DNA of 64,000 bases from Alphaproteobacteria bacterium. GTDB taxonomy: Bacteria; Pseudomonadota; Alphaproteobacteria; GCA-2731375. Made by a program: the position numbers and the translations under genes. The notes beneath the pieces are model-generated. The model was not told the DNA's origin, made no database searches, and was given only the letters and a program-made list of their open reading frames with translations. Below are positions 58,551-64,000 of the stretch, piece by piece; the first letter of the stretch is position 1; every line of letters starts with the position of its first letter. Where the stretch lies: NCBI GenBank assembly GCA_965232515.1, contig CBDDPY010000002.1, forward strand, positions 3,872,001 to 3,936,000, given 5' to 3'.

Positions 58551-58614
58551 AACTCAGAACAAAAACGCCGACAGGTCGCGGCCGCCCGATCCGCGATCCA
58601 TCAGCGCTGGTCAC

Positions 58615-59910
<1,296 letters not shown>

Positions 59911-60023
59911 GCTTCGGCTCCGAACAACGCGGCCGCGGCCACGTACGTATGGGTCAATTCGGTCACCGCGGACCCCTTCCGCAGCGGTGCCGGCTGAATA
60001 TCAACGGCGCCCCGTCGATGCAA

Positions 60024-60043
60024 GCATAAAGAAATCTTTATAT
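60024..60043. promoter_or_regulatory. Putative SahR (ArsR-family) operator upstream of ahcY
   Basis: GCATAAAG-AAAT-CTTTATAT palindrome (ATAAAG-N4-CTTTAT), about 115 nt upstream of ahcY. Confidence 0.7.
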
Positions 60044-60122
60044 CTTTAAGAAGGCCTTAAAATCGGGCGAAAAAGGCAAACAATTCTCATTATCCGAAAA
60101 ACATTAACGGCCAATTGCCGCC

Positions 60123-60947
60123 TCAGGCCTGGGCACTGAAGGTCGGATCGAGCGCCTCGCGCAGGACATCGCCCAGCATATTCAGCCCCAGAACGGCCAG
60201 CGCCACGGCCATGCCGGGCACCAGCGCCGTCCACGCCGCCACATCCAGATAGTCGCGCGAGGCCTGGATCATCAGGCCCCAGGATGGGGTCGGCGGCTGC
60301 GTGCCCAGGCCCAGGAACGACAGGCCCGCCTCGGCCAGGATGGCGAAAGCGACGCTGATCGTCGCCTGCACGATCACCGGCGCCATGATGTTCGGCAGAA
60401 CATGCAGCCGGATGATGCGCAGGTTGGAGGCGCCCTGCGAGCGGGCGGCTTCGACATAGGGCAGGCGGCTGACCTTCAACGTTTCGCCGCGGACGATGCG
60501 GGCGAGATAGGGCGCGAAGGCGATGCCGATGGCCAGCACGGTATTCTGGATATTGGGGCCCAAGACGGCGCTGATGGCGAGCGCCAGCAGAATTGCCGGA
60601 AAGCTGAGCAGGGTGTCGACCAACCGCATCAGCCCGTGATCGACCCAGCCCCTGAAATAGCCCGACAGGATGCCCAGCGGCAGTCCCAGCAGGATGCTGA
60701 TGGCGACGGCGGAGATCGCGATCAACAGCGAGGTATGGGCGCCGAGCAGCACCCGGTAGAACAGTTCGCGGCCAAGCTGATCGGTGCCGAGCGGATGCGC
60801 GAAGGACGGCGGCTTCAACCGCGCCGTCACGTCGATCCGGGTGCTGAGTTCTTCCGGGATCAGCACCGGCGACAGAACGGCCACCAGCGCGAACAGCACG
60901 ACCAGCGACAAGCCGATCAGGCCCTTGGGGTTCAACAACGCCCTCAT
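60123..60947 (-). CDS. Dpp/Opp-type ABC transporter permease (DppC-like)
   Basis: HPLGTDQLGR, YVEAARSQGA EAA motif, EAGLSFLGLG, PSWG. Confidence 0.93.
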   Translation of the reverse strand: MRALLNPKGLIGLSLVVLFALVAVLSPVLIPEELSTRIDVTARLKPPSFAHPLGTDQLGRELFYRVLLGAHTSLLIAISAVAISILLGLPLGILSGYFRGWVDHGLMRLVDTLLSFPAILLALAISAVLGPNIQNTVLAIGIAFAPYLARIVRGETLKVSRLPYVEAARSQGASNLRIIRLHVLPNIMAPVIVQATISVAFAILAEAGLSFLGLGTQPPTPSWGLMIQASRDYLDVAAWTALVPGMAVALAVLGLNMLGDVLREALDPTFSAQA

Positions 60948-61008
60948 GCCGCGACGGTCCGTCCAAAGCCTGTCATGCGTCCGTTTCGCGCCCTGTCCAT
61001 CGCGCCGC

Positions 61009-61950
61009 TCAATCGAAGCCGATGCGCGGATCGAGGACGGTGTAGATCAGGTCGACGATCAGATTGCTCAGCATGAACACCGCCGCGATGACGAAGACGG
61101 TGGCCTGAATCAGCGGCACGTCCCGGTTCAGCAATGCCTGATAGGTCAGCCAGCCCATGCCGGTGAAGTTGAACAGGCTCTCGACGACGATGATGCTGCC
61201 GAACAGATAGCCGAGCTGCAGCCCGGCAACGGTGATCACCGGCGCGATGGCGTTTCGCAGCGCATGCCGGACGATGACGCTGCCCTCGCCCAGGCCCTTG
61301 GCGCGACAGACCCGGATGAAGTCCTGCGAGATGACCTCGAGCATGGCCGACCGCGTCATCCGGGTCAGATGCGCCATCAGGCTCAGCCCCAGCGCGATCG
61401 CCGGCAGCAGCGCGTGTTTCAGGGCCAGCCAGAAATCTTCCGCCGGCGACACGAACCCGCTCGACGGCAGCCAGCCCAGCGCGCGCGAGAACAGCAGGAT
61501 CAGCAGGATGCCCCAGAAGAAATCCGGCAGGCTGATGCCCGCCAGCGCGGCGCCGCTGCTCAGCGCATCCTGCCATTGGTTCTGCTTGACCGCGGCGATA
61601 ACGCCGAGCGGGATGGCGAGCGCAAGCGCGATCAGCAGCGACAGGACGACCACCATGCCGCTTGCCAGCATCTTCTGGCCCATGAGCTGGCCGATCGGCT
61701 CCTTGAAGCGCAGCGAGATGCCCCAGTCGCCCTGCAGCATGCCCCAGATCCAACGGCCGTATTGCACCAGCAGCGGATCGTTGAGGCCGAGCTTCTGCTC
61801 CAGCGCGGCCAGCGTTTCCGGACTGCCGCGGGTGCCGAGGATCATCGTCGCCACATTGCCGGGCAGGATGTTCGTGATCACGAAGGTGACCACGGAGATC
61901 AGCAGCAGCGTCAGGACGAGGAGGGCTAACCGGTTGACGAGGTATCTCAT
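61009..61950 (-). CDS. Dpp/Opp-type ABC transporter permease (DppB-like)
   Basis: LPGNVA, GLNDPLLVQY, RAKGL, HALRNA, DPRI. Confidence 0.93.
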   Translation of the reverse strand: MRYLVNRLALLVLTLLLISVVTFVITNILPGNVATMILGTRGSPETLAALEQKLGLNDPLLVQYGRWIWGMLQGDWGISLRFKEPIGQLMGQKMLASGMVVVLSLLIALALAIPLGVIAAVKQNQWQDALSSGAALAGISLPDFFWGILLILLFSRALGWLPSSGFVSPAEDFWLALKHALLPAIALGLSLMAHLTRMTRSAMLEVISQDFIRVCRAKGLGEGSVIVRHALRNAIAPVITVAGLQLGYLFGSIIVVESLFNFTGMGWLTYQALLNRDVPLIQATVFVIAAVFMLSNLIVDLIYTVLDPRIGFD

Positions 61951-62097
61951 GGGGCCTGGGACGACGCCTCGAATGGGTTACGGCCACGATGGCCGACGAC
62001 CGATGTAAACGACCGAGGCGCGACGTGACGCCCGCACCTCGGTCCTGGGAATGACGGATCGGGCCGTTTCAGCCGACCGGTACGCGCGGCCGCCCGT

Positions 62098-63648
62098 TCA
62101 AGCCTTCAGCCAGACGTTCCGGAAGTTCAGGTTGCTGCCGTTCGGGTGCACCAGCTTGTCCAGTCCGCCGACATTGTTCTGCGCCGCCACGGTGCCGTTG
62201 CGGAACCACAGCACGACATCGTGGGATTCGTCATGAATACGCTGCTGGATCTGATGATAGGTCTTCGCGCGTTCGGCCTGGTCGACGGTCACGCGGGCTT
62301 TCTGCGTCAGCTCATCCAGCATGGGGTCGTTGACGTTGCGGTAATTGAACGCGCCCGTCGAATGCCAAAGGCTGTAGTACAGGAAGTCCGGCTCCCACAG
62401 CGTGAAGAAGTTCATCATCGTGACGTCGTAGTCGCGGTCGACCCAGCACTGGCTCAGCCAGTCGCTCCAGGTCAGCTGCTGCACCGTCACCTTGACGCCG
62501 GCGGCGCGGAACCATTCCTGCAGGATCTGCGTGGCTTCGACATGCCAGGGATAGTTCGTCGTCACCTTGAAGACGAATTCCAGCTCGCCCTCGCCATAGC
62601 CCGCCTGCTTCAGCAGGTTGCGCGCCTCGTCGAAATCCTGCGGGCGCACCTTGAGATCCTTGTTGCGCGAGGCGGAGCTCGGAAAGCTCGGCGACGCCGT
62701 CACCTCGCCCTGCCCCCACAGCGCGCCCTGCACCAGGACCTCCTTGTCGATCATGTGATCGAAGGCGCGGCGGACGGTTGGATTGTTGAACGGCTCCCGC
62801 TTGTGGTTGAAGTTCAGGAACGCCCAGGACAGCGGGAACCAGGTCACCACCTGGAAGTTGCCGTCTTTCTTCAACGCGTCGACGCGATCCAGCGGAATGT
62901 CGTTGATCAGATGCATTTCGCCGGTGCGCAGGCCGGTCAGCCGCACCGTCGGCTCGGTCACCTCGCGCGACGTGATGGCGTCCAGATAGGCCGGTCCCTG
63001 CCAGTAATCGTCGAACCGGACCAGCTTGACCTCGTTGCCGAACTCGCGCGACACGAACTTGAACGGCCCGGCGCCGATCGGGGTCGTGCCCTGAATGTCG
63101 CCGCTGCCTTCGGGCATGATCACGCCGGCGCCGTTTTCGGCGAGACGGCCCAGGAACGGCGCGTTCACACGCGACATCCTGACCTGCACCGTGCGGTCGT
63201 CGGGCGTGAGGATCTCTTCGACGTCGTTGAAGACCTCGAAGTTGACGGCGCCCGTATCCGGATTCTTCACGCGCTCGAACGAGTATTTGACGTCGGCCGA
63301 GGTCATCGTCTTGCCATTGTGAAAGCGCACGTTGGGCCGCAGGACGAACGTATAGGTCAGGCCGTCGTCGCTCTGCTCGAAGCTTTCCGCCAGGCTCGGC
63401 TGTATCTTGAAATTGCTATCGACGGTGACGATGGAGTCGTGAACGTTCTGCAGCAGCCGACCCGTCGACGCCGTACCGGTCTGGTGCATGTCCAGGTTCT
63501 GCGTGGTCTCCGAATGACCCCAGATCAGTGTGCCGCCCCGCGTTGGCGTGTCCGATTGCGCAAAGGCGCTGAATGCCGGCGCGCCGCCGAACATCAGTGC
63601 GCCGCCGGCCACGGCGCCTGTTTTCTTGACGAATTCTCTGCGTTTCAT
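62098..63648 (-). CDS. Family 5 ABC transporter substrate-binding protein with Tat signal
   Basis: RBS GGAGGGG; MKRREFVKK twin-arginine signal; PSLAES, LRPNVRFHNG, PIGAGPFK. Confidence 0.92.
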   Translation of the reverse strand: MKRREFVKKTGAVAGGALMFGGAPAFSAFAQSDTPTRGGTLIWGHSETTQNLDMHQTGTASTGRLLQNVHDSIVTVDSNFKIQPSLAESFEQSDDGLTYTFVLRPNVRFHNGKTMTSADVKYSFERVKNPDTGAVNFEVFNDVEEILTPDDRTVQVRMSRVNAPFLGRLAENGAGVIMPEGSGDIQGTTPIGAGPFKFVSREFGNEVKLVRFDDYWQGPAYLDAITSREVTEPTVRLTGLRTGEMHLINDIPLDRVDALKKDGNFQVVTWFPLSWAFLNFNHKREPFNNPTVRRAFDHMIDKEVLVQGALWGQGEVTASPSFPSSASRNKDLKVRPQDFDEARNLLKQAGYGEGELEFVFKVTTNYPWHVEATQILQEWFRAAGVKVTVQQLTWSDWLSQCWVDRDYDVTMMNFFTLWEPDFLYYSLWHSTGAFNYRNVNDPMLDELTQKARVTVDQAERAKTYHQIQQRIHDESHDVVLWFRNGTVAAQNNVGGLDKLVHPNGSNLNFRNVWLKA

Positions 63649-63879
63649 TGACCCCTCCTGTTGGTGACGGTTGGCCCGCAAGAATGACAGCGGCGCCATG
63701 ACTGCCGCCGCCCCTGAAGCTTTGAAAGATCCGCAAAAGAAAAATCGTACCATATTGGCCCGGTTGCGGAATGATATGATTCCTAGCGCAACCGGATGGT
63801 CACGACGCCGGCGAAACTTGCGCGGCCCGTTTTTTCCCCTACCATCCGGACGGCAATGCAGAGTCGGGACGGAGAAACG

Positions 63880-64000
63880 ATGTTGTCGGAAGGGGGTGCC
63901 GACGCCGAAACGATATCGGTCCCGGCCGATGAGACGGTCCTCGAGGTCGAGGACCTGCGCACCCATTTCCATACACCCGAAGGCGTGATCCGGGCCGTCG
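63880..64000 (+). CDS. Dpp/Opp-type ABC ATP-binding protein (DppD-like), 3'-truncated by window edge
   Basis: RBS GGAGA, then MLSEGGADAETISVPADETVLEVEDLRTHFHTPEGVIRAV; not in the ORF track. Confidence 0.8.
   Translation, partial: MLSEGGADAETISVPADETVLEVEDLRTHFHTPEGVIRAV

Overview
GC-rich alphaproteobacterial chromosome segment (Rhodospirillales-like gene order; taxonomy inferred from synteny only). Core blocks are rnd-lptCAB-rpoN-hpf-ptsN with DUF1150/hsp20 (1-6.4 kb), then tRNA-Ala(GGC), TIGR02300, aroA-cmk-rpsA-sppA-ihfB-lapA-ocd-trpFBA-accD-folC (31.7-44.1 kb), then trxA-addAB-murU-amgK-tsaE-divL-ahcY and a Dpp/Opp-type ABC transporter (44.8-64 kb). A variable region at about 6.6-31.5 kb holds a 7TM-DISM/NarL two-component system, two exported proteins ending in a VSEP variant of the PEP-CTERM sorting signal, an LLM monooxygenase-hydrolase-phnA operon, and a Zur-boxed zinc uptake cluster (ZnuABC, ZevAB-like pair, His-rich outer-membrane barrel). 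It also holds a full-length vitamin K-dependent gamma-glutamyl carboxylase (HTTM/VKGC) homologue followed by a DCC thiol-disulfide oxidoreductase, near a membrane nucleotide cyclase and a Glu-rich VSEP-CTERM protein. That last locus is the best candidate for an undescribed system, and the functional link is inference. No integrase, transposase, CRISPR array or rRNA was seen. All family calls come from motif recognition by eye; no database search was run.
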